From: Candidatus Eiseniibacteriota bacterium
GTDB lineage: Bacteria > Eisenbacteria > RBG-16-71-46
NCBI GenBank assembly: GCA_963725865.1
Contig: CAVSAC010000017.1
Location: 35,217 to 99,216 of the forward strand
Direction of reading: 5' to 3'
DNA: 64,000 nt
Of this stretch, positions 9,648-20,610 are shown piece after piece. Each line of letters opens with the position of its first letter. Within the stretch, counting starts at the first letter, position 1. The notes under the pieces are model-generated. The model was given only the letters and a program-made list of their open reading frames with translations. It was not told the origin of the DNA and searched no databases. The translations under genes were made by a program, and so were the position numbers.

Positions 9648-9680
9648 AACAAAAAACCGCCCGAGAGGTCTCTGGCGGAT
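9648..9680 (-). terminator. Intrinsic terminator-like hairpin plus U-tract upstream of csp
   Basis: Minus strand CCGCCAGAGACCTCTCGGGCGG followed by TTTTTTGTT. Confidence 0.65.
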
Positions 9681-9938
9681 CGGAACGTCGGGTCGCACAT
9701 CCACACACAACCGAAGACGAAGGGAGTATCGGTCTTCACGCCCCAAGTAGACAGACAATTCGCGGTGAACCCCGAATGACCCGAAGACAGCGCGGATTCG
9801 CCAATGATCGCGCACATTCGGCTGCCGGCGCCGGGGCGGGTTCAGGGCGGAACGGTCGCGAACCGCAACCGCGCGGCCGCTCGGTGGTGTCCCCCGGCTG
9901 CCCCCGCCTGCCCGCGCACTGCGTCCGCCCCGCGCTGC

Positions 9939-12810
9939 TCACCGCCACGAGTAGGTGAAGACGGCCTGCACGTAGCGGCCCAGCGGCTGGTCGCGCGTGT
10001 CCTGCACGTAGGTCTCGGTGACGCTGCGGCTCACGCTGCGGTTCTGCCCGAGCACGTCGGTGGCGGTCACGCGGAGCTCGCCGCGGTCGCCCTTCAGGAA
10101 CTTCTTCCCGATCGTCGTGTTCCACAGCACCACGTCCTGCCCGTAGGCGGACGGCACGCCGCTCTGCAGGTTGTGGCTCAGCTCCTGGCGGACCACGATG
10201 CCGCGGGGCGACCTGGCGTTGAACCGCAACGCCGATGCTGTGCGGTGAAGTAGTCGCCGGTGGTGCTGGTGCTCAGCGTGCTGCGCGAGATGTTGTAGGT
10301 GCCCAGGTACGACACGGTGAAGTCGAGGTTCGGGCTGATGTTGCTCGCCACCACCGGCCGCTGCGGATGGCGTAGCTGCGGCTCAGGTTGGTCACGCCGT
10401 TGACGCGTGGGCGTGCGGGTCAGCGAGCCGCCGCCGTTGACGCTCACGATGCTCTTGAGCGCCGTGGCCGGCCGGCTGTAGACGCCGAACATGTTCGCGT
10501 TCCACGACCGGTGTCGAGGTTCTCGGGCAGGGTCAGCTGCGTGCCGCGCGCGAGCGCGATGCCGTCGAGCACGGTGTCGCGCGGGGGCGGTGAAGGTGGC
10601 GTTGGCGATCGGGCGCGAGGTGCGCGTCACGTTCGCGAACACGAACCGGCTCTTCGAGCGCGTCGGGTCCGCCTCGGACAGCGCAGCGCACAGGGTGTGG
10701 CTGTAGGTGGGCGCGCAGCTCGCGGGTTGCCGGTCGTGAGCGCGAGCGGGTTGGAGTTGTTCGACCACGTTCTGCAGCTGGCTGATCGACGGCGCGTTGG
10801 TCGAGGTGTTCCACGCCAGGCGCAGGTTGCGCCGGTTCGCGAAGCTGCCGGTGAGCTGCATCGAGGGCAGGACGTCGTCGAACGTGCGCTCGATGAGGCG
10901 CGCGTCGGGGAAGGTCTGCTCGGACCGCAGCCGCGTGCTCTGGTACGACGCGTTGGCGAGCAGGCGCCACGGGCCCGGCGTGACAGCAGGGCGACGCCGC
11001 CGTTCTGCGCGGTGGTGCGGTTCGTACGAGTTCGACATGCGTGCTGTCGGGGAGGCTGTACGCGCCGGTCGCGGGATCGAGGCTGCCGGCGTGCGCGCGT
11101 CGGCGTCGCTACGGTGAGCGACGGGTTGTAGATCAGCTGCCCCTGCAGCCCGGAGGCGCAGCGGCTCGGTGAACGCGATGCGCGCGGAGATCGAGTTGGT
11201 GAGGGTGTGCGAGTCGTCTGCTGGTCGAGCGTGTCGCTGGTCGTGGTGGTGCCCAGGTAGTAGTCGGTCAGCGAGCGCTGCGCGCCGTCGCCGTCGCGCA
11301 GCGCGTGGCCGACGTTCAGGTCGGCCGAGATGTTGCGCCCGCGCCGGGCGAAGCGGTGCCGCAGCGTCAGCCGGTTCGAGAGGTTGTTGCCCCGGTTCGT
11401 GTTGTCGCGCGAGTCGCTGGCAGCGGCGCTCGAGGCAGGTGCCCAGACGATGGATCGTGTTCGCGGCGTCGCCGGCGCTGCTGGCGTCGGTGTTCTGGAA
11501 GTAGAGCCGCGGCTGGAGAGATCACCGAGTTGAGCGAGTCGGGCGTCCATTCGAGCCGCGCGTCGAAGCGCTGGTTGCGGTTGCGGCTCGAGGAGGTGGC
11601 GGTCTGGTCGTAGAGCGAGCAGCGAGTCCTGCGGCGGCACGTACTGGCGCGCAGAGCGTCTGCAGGTTGTCGGTGTCGGTGTCGTTGAGGAACACGCTCG
11701 AGGTGACCGCCAGGCCTGGGCCCCACTGGCCGGCGTAGTTGAGGCCGCCCGCGTGCGTGGTGCTGATGCCCGGCTGCTGGCCGACCAGGAAGCTGCTGGG
11801 GTCGAACCCGCCGCCGCCGAAGCCCCGCCGCCGGGCCACCGATGCGGATGATCTGGGGCGAGCCCCCGCCCGGCCCGGCGGCCCGCCGCCGCCGGGCCGC
11901 CACATGCGGATGCGCGGTCCGCCGCGCCGCCCTGGCCGCTCATCGCGCCGAACAGGTCCTGCGGCGAGAAGTTCTGCTGGTTGATGTTGTTCGACATGCC
12001 GATCAGCGTGAGGCGGCGTCGCGCCGCGGATCAGCGGTGGCGTTGCCGCCGCCCTGGTAGCGGTCCTGGTCGCCGTAGCCGCCGTAGACCTTGCCGAACT
12101 GCGCTCTTCCGGTCGCGCAGGATGAAGTTCATGGTCTTCTGCGACTGGCCGTCGTCGAAGCCGCTGAACTCGGCCTGGTCGCTCATCTTGTCGTAGACCT
12201 GGATGCGGTCCACGACCTCGGCGGGCAGGTTGCGCATCGCGGCGGTCGGATCGCTGCCGAAGAACGGCTTGCCGTTGACGAGCACGTTCTGCACCTGCTC
12301 GCCCTGCGCCTTGATCTGCCCGTTCTCCATGGTCACGCCCGGGCATCTTCTGCACCAGGTCCTCGGCGGTGGCGTCCGCGGTTGGTGCTTGACCGCGCTG
12401 GCGTGGAACTCGGTGGTGTCCGCCTTCTGCACCGCGGGGAAGCACCGGTGACCGAGATGTCGACGCGCGGCATCTGGATCGAGCGCGAGGTGAGCGCCAG
12501 CGCGCCCGGGTCCTGGTCGGCCTTGGTGACGCGCACCGTGGTGCGCAGCGTCGCGTAGCCCAGGCGCGTGGCCTCGAGCCGGTAGTTGCGCCGACCCAGG
12601 CCCGTTGATCACGAACGTGCCGTAGTCGCTGGCGGTCACGCGGTACACATCGCTGGTGTCGGAGACGCTGGTGAGCTTCACCTGCACGCCCAGCACCGGC
12701 GCGCCGGTCTCGGCGTCCTTGAAGTGGCCGCGCAGGCTGGTGGCCTGGGCATGGGCGAGGGTGGGCGCCAGCAGCAGCAGGGCGATGAACAGTTGAACGC
12801 GACGGGGCAT
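9939..12810 (-). CDS. TonB-dependent-receptor-like outer-membrane beta-barrel with an N-terminal carboxypeptidase-regulatory-like domain (many frameshifts)
   Basis: Signal peptide MPRRVQLFIALLLLAPTLAHA. Motifs KADTTEF, AEDLVQKMPG, VLVNGKPFFGSDP, IQVYDKMSDQAEFSGFDDG, APSISQLQ. C-terminal strand RYVQAVFTYSWR. Confidence 0.85.
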
Positions 12811-13029
12811 CGGACCATCCGTTGTCGAGAGTCGGTCGAGGGTCGCCGGACGATGCGGTACTTCGGCCGTTGAGCGAGCGCGGTGCCGCGACGAGCGGCG
12901 CGGCGGGTGCGGGCGTGCCGCGCCGGTCGTGCCGGACCGCATTCTACGGATAGACGTTCGGGCGCCGCGGATGGTTGTGCGCGGCAGGCCGCGCTGGGGC
13001 GCGCGGAGCCCGCGCTCGGCGGAGCGCCC

Positions 13030-14836
13030 TCAGCCCTCGCCGCCGGCCAGCGCTTCCAGCTCCAGCCAGCGCGCGTAGGCGGCGTGGATCTCGTCCTCGA
13101 GCGCCTCGAGCCGCGTGCGCATCCTGGCCACCTCGCCCGCGGGGGTGGTGTAGAAGTCGGGCGCGGCCATGCGGTCGAACAGCGCGTGCTTCTCGGCCTC
13201 GAGCCGCTCGATGGTGCGCGGGCAGCTCGGCCAGCTCGCGCTTCTCCTTGAAGCCGAGCGCGGCGCGGGCGCTCGCGTGGCGCGCTCCGGCTTCGGCTTC
13301 GCGCGACCTGGCGGCGGCGGGCGCCGCGGGCGCGTCCGGCTTGCGCTGTCGCAGCCAGTCCTCGTAGCCGCCGACGTACTCGCGCCACGTGCCGTCGCCC
13401 TCGAAGACGAGGGTCGAGGTGACCACGTTGTCGAGGAACGCGCGGTCGTGCGAGACCACCAGCAGCGTGCCCTGGAACTCGAGCAGCAGCTCCTCGAGCA
13501 GTTCGAGCGTCTCCAGGTCGAGGTCGTTGGTGGGCTCGTCCAGCACCAGCAGGTTGCACGGGCGCGACAGCACCTTCGCGAGCTGCAGCCGGCGCCGCTC
13601 GCCGCCCGAGAGCTTGGTGACGGGCCCCGGGATCTGCTCGGGCGTGAACAGGAAGTCGCGCAGGTAGCCGACGACGTGGCGCTCGACCCTCGCCGACGGT
13701 GACGGTCTCGCGGCCCTCGCCGACGTTCTCGATCACGGTCTTGGTCTCGTCGAGCACGTCGTGGAGCTGCTCGAAGTGCGCGACCTCGAGCTTCGTGCCG
13801 TGCGTCACCGTGCCCTGCTGCGGCGCGAGCTCGCCGAGCAGCAGGCCGATCAGCGTGGTCTTGCCGCAGCCGTTGGGGCCCAGGATGCCGATGCGGTCGC
13901 CGCGCAGGATCGTGGCGGTGAAGCCCGCACGATGCGGCGTGCCGCCGTAGCCGAAGCCGACGTCCTCGCAGCGCAGCACCATGCGCCCGGACCGCTCGGC
14001 CTCCTGCAGCTGCGCCTTCACGCGCCCGGTCTCGTCGCGCCGCGCGCCGCGCTCGAGGCGCAGCGACTCGAGCGCGCGCACGCGGCCCTCGTTGCGCGTG
14101 CGCCGCGCCTTGATGCCGCGGCGCAGCCAGGCCTCCTCCTGCGCCAGCTTCTTGTCGAACAGCGCCGCCTGGTCGGCCTCGACGCGCAGCTCGTCCTCGC
14201 GCTGCTCCAGGTAGGCGTCGTAGCCGAGCGCGGTAGCTGCGCAGCGCGCCGCGGTCCAGGTCGAGGATGCGGGTGGCGAGGTCGCGCAGGAAGCTGCGGT
14301 CGTGGGTGACGAACACCAGCGTGCCGCGCCGGCGCTGCAGCGCCTCCTCGAGGTGGCGGATGGCGTCGATGTCGAGGTGGTTCGTCGGCTCGTCGAGGAG
14401 CAGCAGGTCCGGATCGCGCACCAGCGCGGCGGCGAGCAGCACGCGGCGCTTGGAGCCGGCCGAGAGCGTCTCGATGCGGCGTCCAGGTCGAGCGGCAGAT
14501 CGTGCACGGCCTGGTCGATGCGCGTCTCGATCTCCCACGCCGCGTCGCTGCGCGGTGACGCCGCACACCTCGTGCAGGTAGGTCGCGCACGGTGCCGGTG
14601 AGGTCGAGCGGCACGTCCTGCTGCAGGCCCGCGACGCGCAGGCCCGGCTGGCGCACGACCTCGCCCGAGTCGGGCGCGAGCGTGCCCTCGAGGATCTGGA
14701 GCAGCGTGGACTTGCCGGCGCCGTTGCGGCCCAGCAGCCCGAGCCGCTCGCCGTCCTCGATCTGCAGGCTCACGGAGTCGAGCAGCGCCGGCCCGGCGAA
14801 GGTGATGCTCACGTCGTTGAGGCCCAGCAACGCCAT
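13030..14836 (-). CDS. uup: ABC-F ATPase Uup (frameshifted)
   Basis: Two ABC cassettes ([20 protein letters not shown] and [20 protein letters not shown]), linker [24 protein letters not shown]-terminal YARWLELE. Confidence 0.92.
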
Positions 14837-15014
14837 GGATGCATTCCTATCGGGTGTGGGAGGCGGACCGACGGGTGTTCCTCGACCCGGAGGCTCCCCG
14901 GGGCGCCCGCCCGCGAGCGACGCGGCGGGGGATTGTGCCAGATGAGGCGTGCCGACGCGATGGGCTAGACTGCCCACCCGCGCCCGTCCACCCCGACCGC
15001 TCTGGAGGCTCGCC

Positions 15015-15556
15015 CTGGCCCTGAGCGCCACGATCCACCAGTTCGAGGTGCAGCTCTCGCACGTGGACCGCGGCGTCTACGAGGCGCTCGAGCTGCGCGT
15101 GGCGCGGCACCCGTCCGAGAGCGAGGAGTTCCTGTGCGCCCGCGTGCTCGCGTACTGCCTCGAGCAGCGCGAGGGGCTGGCGTTCTCGCGCGGGCTCGCC
15201 GACCCCGACCAGCCGGCGCTCGAGGTGCGCGACCTGACCGGCGCGCTGCAGGCGTGGATCGAGGTCGGCGCGCCCGACGCCGCGCGGCTGCACCGCGCCG
15301 AGCAAGGCGGCGCCGCGCGTGGCGGTGTACACGCACCACGACGCCGCGCGCTACTGGGACTCGCTGGCGAGGGAGCGCATCCACCGCGCCGAGGCGCTCG
15401 AGCTGTACGGGCTCGACCGCGCGCTGGTGGCGCGCTGGTGGCGCGGCTGACGCGGCGCATGGCGTTCGACCTCTCGGTCACCGACGGCATGCTCTACCTG
15501 ACGCTCGGCGGGAGCTGCTGACCGGCCCGGTGACCTCGCATCGCCTGACGGCGTGA
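15015..15556 (+). CDS. yaeQ: YaeQ family protein (frameshifted)
   Basis: ALSATIHQFEVQLSHVDRGVY...ARHPSES...RVLAYCL...WIEVGAPD. GGAGG RBS at 15004; the apparent start codon reads CTG. Confidence 0.85.
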
Positions 15557-15688
15557 GGCGGAGCGGCGCGGCGCCGGCGCGGCCGGCCCCGGCGCAGAAC
15601 GCCGTTGAGTGGCGCCGACGGCGGGCGGTACCTTCACCTGCGTGCGTCGGATCCTCCGCCGGCGCTCCCCGTCGCCAGGAGGAACGCC

Positions 15689-15826
15689 ATGCCCATCCGC
15701 GATCTGCTTCGCTCCTTGGTGCGCCCCGCAGTGCTCGCGGGCGGCCGCGTCGCAGCGGGCGTCTACCAGATCGTGCTCGCCGCGGGGGAGGAGCGCCGCG
15801 CGCGCCGCGTCGTCGTGGTGCGCTGA
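15689..15826 (+). CDS. 45-aa ORF resembling only the last strands of a FlgD/T9SS-type C-terminal domain
   Basis: AGGAGGA RBS then ATG. Ends VAAGVYQIVLAAGEERRARRVVVVR, similar to VAPGVYLARLTVDGRRVAERRIVVIH of 4170-4739. Confidence 0.45.
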   Translation: MPIRDLLRSLVRPAVLAGGRVAAGVYQIVLAAGEERRARRVVVVR

Positions 15827-15888
15827 ACGTGCGCGCCGGACCGCTCGATCCCGCCCGCGCTGGCCGCCTCGACTTGGCCCACGGGCGC

Positions 15889-16614
15889 GTGCGCTGTCGG
15901 CTTCGCCGTGCGGTCCACGCCGCGATGCTGGTCGTGCTCGCGGCCCTCGCGGCGGGTTGCGGCGAGGGGCCGTCGGGACCGACGGCGAAGCCGGGCGCGC
16001 TCCGGTTCGACTTCGACTTCGGGGCCGGGATCGCCGGCTGGTCGGGCGGCTTCTCCGATTATGGCCCCCACACGGTGCCGGTCGATGTGGTGTGCGACTG
16101 GCGCGCGCTCCCGGCGCCGTTCACGGGCTCGGGCTACCACCTCGGCGGCACCAACCGCAGCGACGACCTGTTCATCTACGTGAAGACGCAGCTCCACGGC
16201 TTCGCGCCGTCCACGGCCTACCGATTCGCGTTCCAGGCGAGGTTCGTGACCGATGCCCCCACGGGCTGCCCGGGAGTCGGAGGCTCGCCGGGCAACTCGG
16301 TGTGGATCGTCGCCGGAGCCTCGCCGCTCGAGCCGCGGACCGTGCTGGTCTCGGGCGAGTACCGGGTGAACATCGCGCGCGGCAATCAATCGACCGGCGG
16401 GCCGGAGGGCGCGGTGCTGGGCGACATCGCGACCGCGAACACCGATTGCCTGGTGCGCGTCCCGGCGTCGAAGCTGCTCGCTCCCGCGCCGGGCATCGTC
16501 GTGCGCAGCGACGGCCGCGGCGACCTGTGGCTGCTGCTGGGGATGGACTCGGGCTTCGAGGCCGCGAGCCAGGTGAGCTTCCAGTCGCTGGTCGTCACGG
16601 CCGAGCCGATCTGA
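15889..16614 (+). CDS. Hypothetical lipoprotein (start uncertain, alternative 15925)
   Basis: Lipobox LAAGC, then a beta-rich domain (GWSGGFSDY, NRSDDLFIY, GMDSGFE). Confidence 0.75.
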   Translation: MRCRLRRAVHAAMLVVLAALAAGCGEGPSGPTAKPGALRFDFDFGAGIAGWSGGFSDYGPHTVPVDVVCDWRALPAPFTGSGYHLGGTNRSDDLFIYVKTQLHGFAPSTAYRFAFQARFVTDAPTGCPGVGGSPGNSVWIVAGASPLEPRTVLVSGEYRVNIARGNQSTGGPEGAVLGDIATANTDCLVRVPASKLLAPAPGIVVRSDGRGDLWLLLGMDSGFEAASQVSFQSLVVTAEPI

Positions 16615-16751
16615 GGCCGCCCGCGCGATCCCACGGTCCGGCGCATCACCGAGCCGGGTGGACGAGCCCCAGTCCTCGCTTGGGCCCCCGTGCCTGCGGC
16701 GGGTAGAGTGCGGCCGACCGCTTTCCCACTCCCGCAAAGGCCGAGGTCGCC

Positions 16752-17333
16752 ATGTCGACGAAGCTGCGTGTCGCGCTCGTGCTCGTCCTGCTCGCACTCA
16801 CCGGCTGCACCGCGCTCCAGGAGCTGGCGGCGCTGCGCAGCTGCACCTTCGCATTCACCAACGTGTCCGACGTGCGCATCGCCGGCATTGCCATCGGTCC
16901 GAGCTCGCGCTCCGGCTCGCTCGGCAGCGTCGATGCGATGCGCCTCGCCGCGGCAGTGCTCGCCAGGCAGGTGCCGCTCGAGCTGGTGGCGCACGTGAGC
17001 GCCACCAACCCGCCCGAGAACAAGGTGGCGGCGCGGATGGTGAACCTCGATTGGACGCTGTTCGTCGAGGAGCGCCAGGCGCTGGCGGGCACGCTGGCCG
17101 AGGCGGTGTCGATCGCGCCGGGCCGCACCGCCGACGTGCCGCTCGCGGTGAGGTTCGACCTGCTCCAGCTCGCGAGCGGTGGCGCCCGGGACATGTTCGA
17201 GCTGGCGCTCGCCATCGCGGGGCAGGGGACGGTGAAGAAGGACCTGCGCCTCGAGCTGATGCCGACCATCGAGACCTCGCTCGGGCCGATCCGCTATCCG
17301 TCGCCGATCGTGGTGCACCGCCTCGCGCCCTGA
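16752..17333 (+). CDS. Lipoprotein, LEA type 2/WHy-like
   Basis: Lipobox LTGC; pattern VSATNP...LDWTLFV...IAPGRTADVPL. Confidence 0.75.
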   Translation: MSTKLRVALVLVLLALTGCTALQELAALRSCTFAFTNVSDVRIAGIAIGPSSRSGSLGSVDAMRLAAAVLARQVPLELVAHVSATNPPENKVAARMVNLDWTLFVEERQALAGTLAEAVSIAPGRTADVPLAVRFDLLQLASGGARDMFELALAIAGQGTVKKDLRLELMPTIETSLGPIRYPSPIVVHRLAP

Positions 17334-17378
17334 GCGCGGGCGCATCGCCCGGATGAGCACCCCGGCGCCCGGACGACT

Positions 17379-17405
17379 CGAGGGAGGCCCACCGGGCCTC
17401 CCTCG
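17379..17405. terminator. Hairpin between convergent genes
   Basis: Perfect 12-bp stem CGAGGGAGGCCC-acc-GGGCCTCCCTCG. Confidence 0.7.
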
Positions 17406-17461
17406 TCGCTCTTCGATTCTCCGGCGCCGCGGCGTGCGCCGCGGTCCGGGCGGCGTCCGGG

Positions 17462-20147
17462 CTACGCCGCCTTGGCGATCGGCTGCTCGTCGTCGTCGTC
17501 GCTCTGACGCACGTCCTTGATCACCTTGCGCATCTTCGCGCTGGTCTTGCGCTCCTCGCGCAGGCCCTCGATGGTGGCCTCGGCCTGCTTGAGCAGGAAC
17601 TGCAGCGAGCCCGCCTTCTCGACCGCCTGGTCGACGATGACCTTCTGGCCCTGCGAGCGCCTCGAGGCTCGAGCGCACGTCCACCAGCAGGGCGTCGGCG
17701 CGGGCGAGCCGCTCCTCGGCCTTGGCCATCTGGCGCTGGCGCTCGTCGAGCGCGCTGGCGGTGTCGCGCAGCCCGTCGAGCCGGGTCTGCACGTCCTGGA
17801 GCAGGCCGCGGCTCTCCTCGATCTCCTGGTGCGCCGAGGTGATCTCGCGCACGTCGCGCCGAGGTCTTCTCGGCCATGGCGAACATGCGGTCGAGATCGG
17901 CCTGCAGCGACTCGATGGTGCCCTGGCGCGACGACGATCTGCTCCAGCGAGCGCGCGATCTCCTGCTCGATCAGGTCCCACTTCGCCATGCGCTCCTCGA
18001 ACTGGGTGAGCCGGTCCTCGACCACGCGCAGGCTCGCGCGCGCGGTCCTCGAGCTGGGTCGCGAGCCGTCCACCTGGGTGGCGCGCTGATCGGCGGTGGT
18101 GAGCGACGGCGGTCAGGTGCTGCGACCGAGCTCGTCGAGCTGCTGCGCGGCGGCTCGGCGGCCTCCTTGCGCGGCGGCCGAGACGCGCTGCAGGTCCTTC
18201 GAGGCCTCCTCGAGCGCGTGCTGGCGCTGGTCGAGCTCCTGCTTCAGCGCGGGTGCGCTCGGCGAGCTCCTCGACCGACTCGCAGCGCGCGGCGATCGCC
18301 GGCCACGACTCTTGCGGACGCTCTCGGCCTTGCTTGCTCGGCGTCGCTCACGCTGGCGATCACGCCGGCGATGCTCTGGCCGGTCTGCGCGGCGTCCTCG
18401 GCCTGATCGCCGACGGCGCGGCGAAGCGCTGCTCGACGGCCTCCATGCGCTCCTGCAGCTGGTGCCGCGCTCGTCCAGTCGCCCGCTCAGCGCGCCCAGC
18501 TCGGCGAGCGCGGCGGTGCAGGTCCTCGACGAACTGCGCGGCGCGACTCGATCAGCGCGAGGTGGACTCGGCGATCTGCTGCGCCTGCCGCTGCACCTCG
18601 TCGACGATGGGCTCGAGCTGCGCGCAGCTCGGCGACCTGCTCGCGCAGCGCGCCCACCGACTGCGCGACCTCGGCGAGCCAGGACTGGGTCTCGGCGTGG
18701 CTGGCGCGGAAGCGCGTCGACCTCGGCGTGGGCGTTCTCGGTCTGCTCGAGCGCGTCCTTGACCAGCGCGTGCGAGCCGCTCAGCTGGGTCAGGTCGCGC
18801 AGCGCGGATTCGACCGCGGGCCGCGCCTGCTCGATGCGGCCGATCTGGGCGCCCAGGCCCTGGCTGGTGGCGGTGGCCGCGTCGAGGTCGCGACGGATGG
18901 CGTTCAGCTTGGCCATCTCGTGATCGACGCTGCCGACCTCGGCGGCGAGCGCCTGCAGCTGCGCCGCGACGGCCTCGGTCTGGATCCTGAGCTCGCCCAT
19001 CGCGAGGCTCGACTCGCTCAGGCCCTTGAAGCGGTTCTCGGCGGCGGTCAGCTCGCCGCGCAGGTCGGCGACGCGCTGGCTCACCGACTCGAGGCCGCGG
19101 CTCTCGAACTCGAAGCGCTCGATGGTCTTCTTCATCTCGTCGCCGACGGCGGCGAGGTCGACGCGCATCGATGCGGCTCTGCTCGTCGGTGTCGCGCTGG
19201 AGCTGGGTGATCTCGCCCGAGCGCGCGATGACCGCCTCGTGCAGCGTGCGCAGCGCCGCGACCTGCTCCTGCAGGGCGGCGAGGGCCTTCTCGTTCTCCT
19301 GCTGCTGGCGCATGCCGGCGTCGACCTGGCGCATCGCGCGGTCGAGCTCCTCGGCCTGGGCCAGGGCGCGGTCGACGGCCTCGCGCTGGGCCTCGAGCGC
19401 GGCGATCTTCTGCGCCACCGAGTCGCCGAGCGCCTTGAGCGTGGCCATCTCGCGGCGCGCGGTGTCGACGGTGTGCTGCACGCCGTCCATCGCCTTCACC
19501 GACTGCTCGACGCTGGTGATGCGGCGCTCCTTGTCCGCGAGCGAGCGACCCAGCTCGTCGCGGCGCCGGTCGAGCGCCTCCATCTTGGACATCGCCAGCT
19601 TGTGCGCGTCGAGCAGGCGGTCGTGCTGCTCGCGCAGGCGCGCGGTGCGCTCGCCGGTGCCCTCGACCTGGCCGCGGATCGACTCGGCGTCGCCGCGCAG
19701 CTGCTGGAACGGCTTCTCGACCTCGAGGAAGCCGACCAGCTGCTCCTTGAGGCCCACCGCCTGGTCGACCTTGTCGCTGAGCTCCTGCATCGTGGACTGG
19801 ATGCGCTGCGAGTCCTCGAGCGCCTTGACGATGCGCTCCTCCGCCCACTTCTGACTCTGCGTCAGGCCCTCGGCGCGCTCGTCGAGGCTCTCGAACAGGT
19901 TCGCCAGGCGCACCATCGCCTCGAAGCGCTTCTCCATCTCGGCCACGCGACCGGTCACGCCCTCGACCTCGCTCTCGGCCTTGGCGATCGGCTGGTCGAG
20001 CTGCTCGAGCCGCTCGCTCGCGGAGTGCGCACGCTCCACCAGCGCCTCGAAGCGCTCGCGCTCCTGCTTCAGCTCCTGGAGCAGCGCGCGCATCTCGTCG
20101 GTGTGTTCGCGGTCGTGGGAACCGTTCCCGAGCAGGTTCTTCAGCAT
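17462..20147 (-). CDS. Long coiled-coil protein (~895 aa, frameshifted); no ATPase head or TM segment seen
   Basis: AAGGAG RBS and ATG at 20147 (MLKNLLGNG). E/Q/R/L/A heptad-rich fragments in successive frames through to ...DDDDEQPIAKAA stop. Confidence 0.8.
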
Positions 20148-20355
20148 CGTCAGCTCCTTGCGCCGCGTCGGGCCGGGGCGGCCGGCCGGAAGGCGGCTTG
20201 ATGCGTTGTCCGCTCCCCGTCCGCCCCGAGAGGGGAGGCCGAGGAGAGGGGGACCACGGACCGTCCCGCGAGGGGCGGACCAGTTCGTAGGTGCCAACCG
20301 GGTGGCGCGAACCGGATGGGAGACCGGATCCGTGCCGATGTGCGCGCGGTGCGTC

Positions 20356-20371
20356 TGCAAGAGGCGAGCCG
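20356..20371 (-). promoter_or_regulatory. Candidate sigma54 (-24/-12) promoter for the coiled-coil gene
   Basis: Minus strand cGGCTCG-cctc-TTGCA versus consensus TGGCACG-N4-TTGCW, with exact GG-N10-GC spacing, about 210 nt upstream of the ATG. Confidence 0.45.
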
Positions 20372-20610
20372 CATGGAGCGCCTCCGTGGGCAGGGCGCGC
20401 GGAGGTCCCGGGTGGCGTCCGGCCGCGGTGGGCTAGCGGCCTGAGCCCGTTGCGGTTGGCACGGCGGTCTCATGCGGGGTGCGAGGTCCGGTCGCGGCGC
20501 GCCGGAGCCTGCGCGGGGCGGTCGCCGGCGTGGCGTGAGGCAAGATTCGGATCGCGCTTCGTGCGGACGGCCAAGGAAGTGGCCGGGGTTGCAGCGCGCC
20601 TCTGGGCCGC

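Noticed and set aside
15015..15017. Non-canonical CTG start for yaeQ
   Set aside because: Correctly placed after an RBS, but a base-call error for ATG or GTG cannot be excluded in this error-rich region.
17462..20147. SMC/SbcC or chemoreceptor annotation for the coiled-coil protein
   Set aside because: No Walker A/B, signature, hinge or MCP hairpin motif was found.
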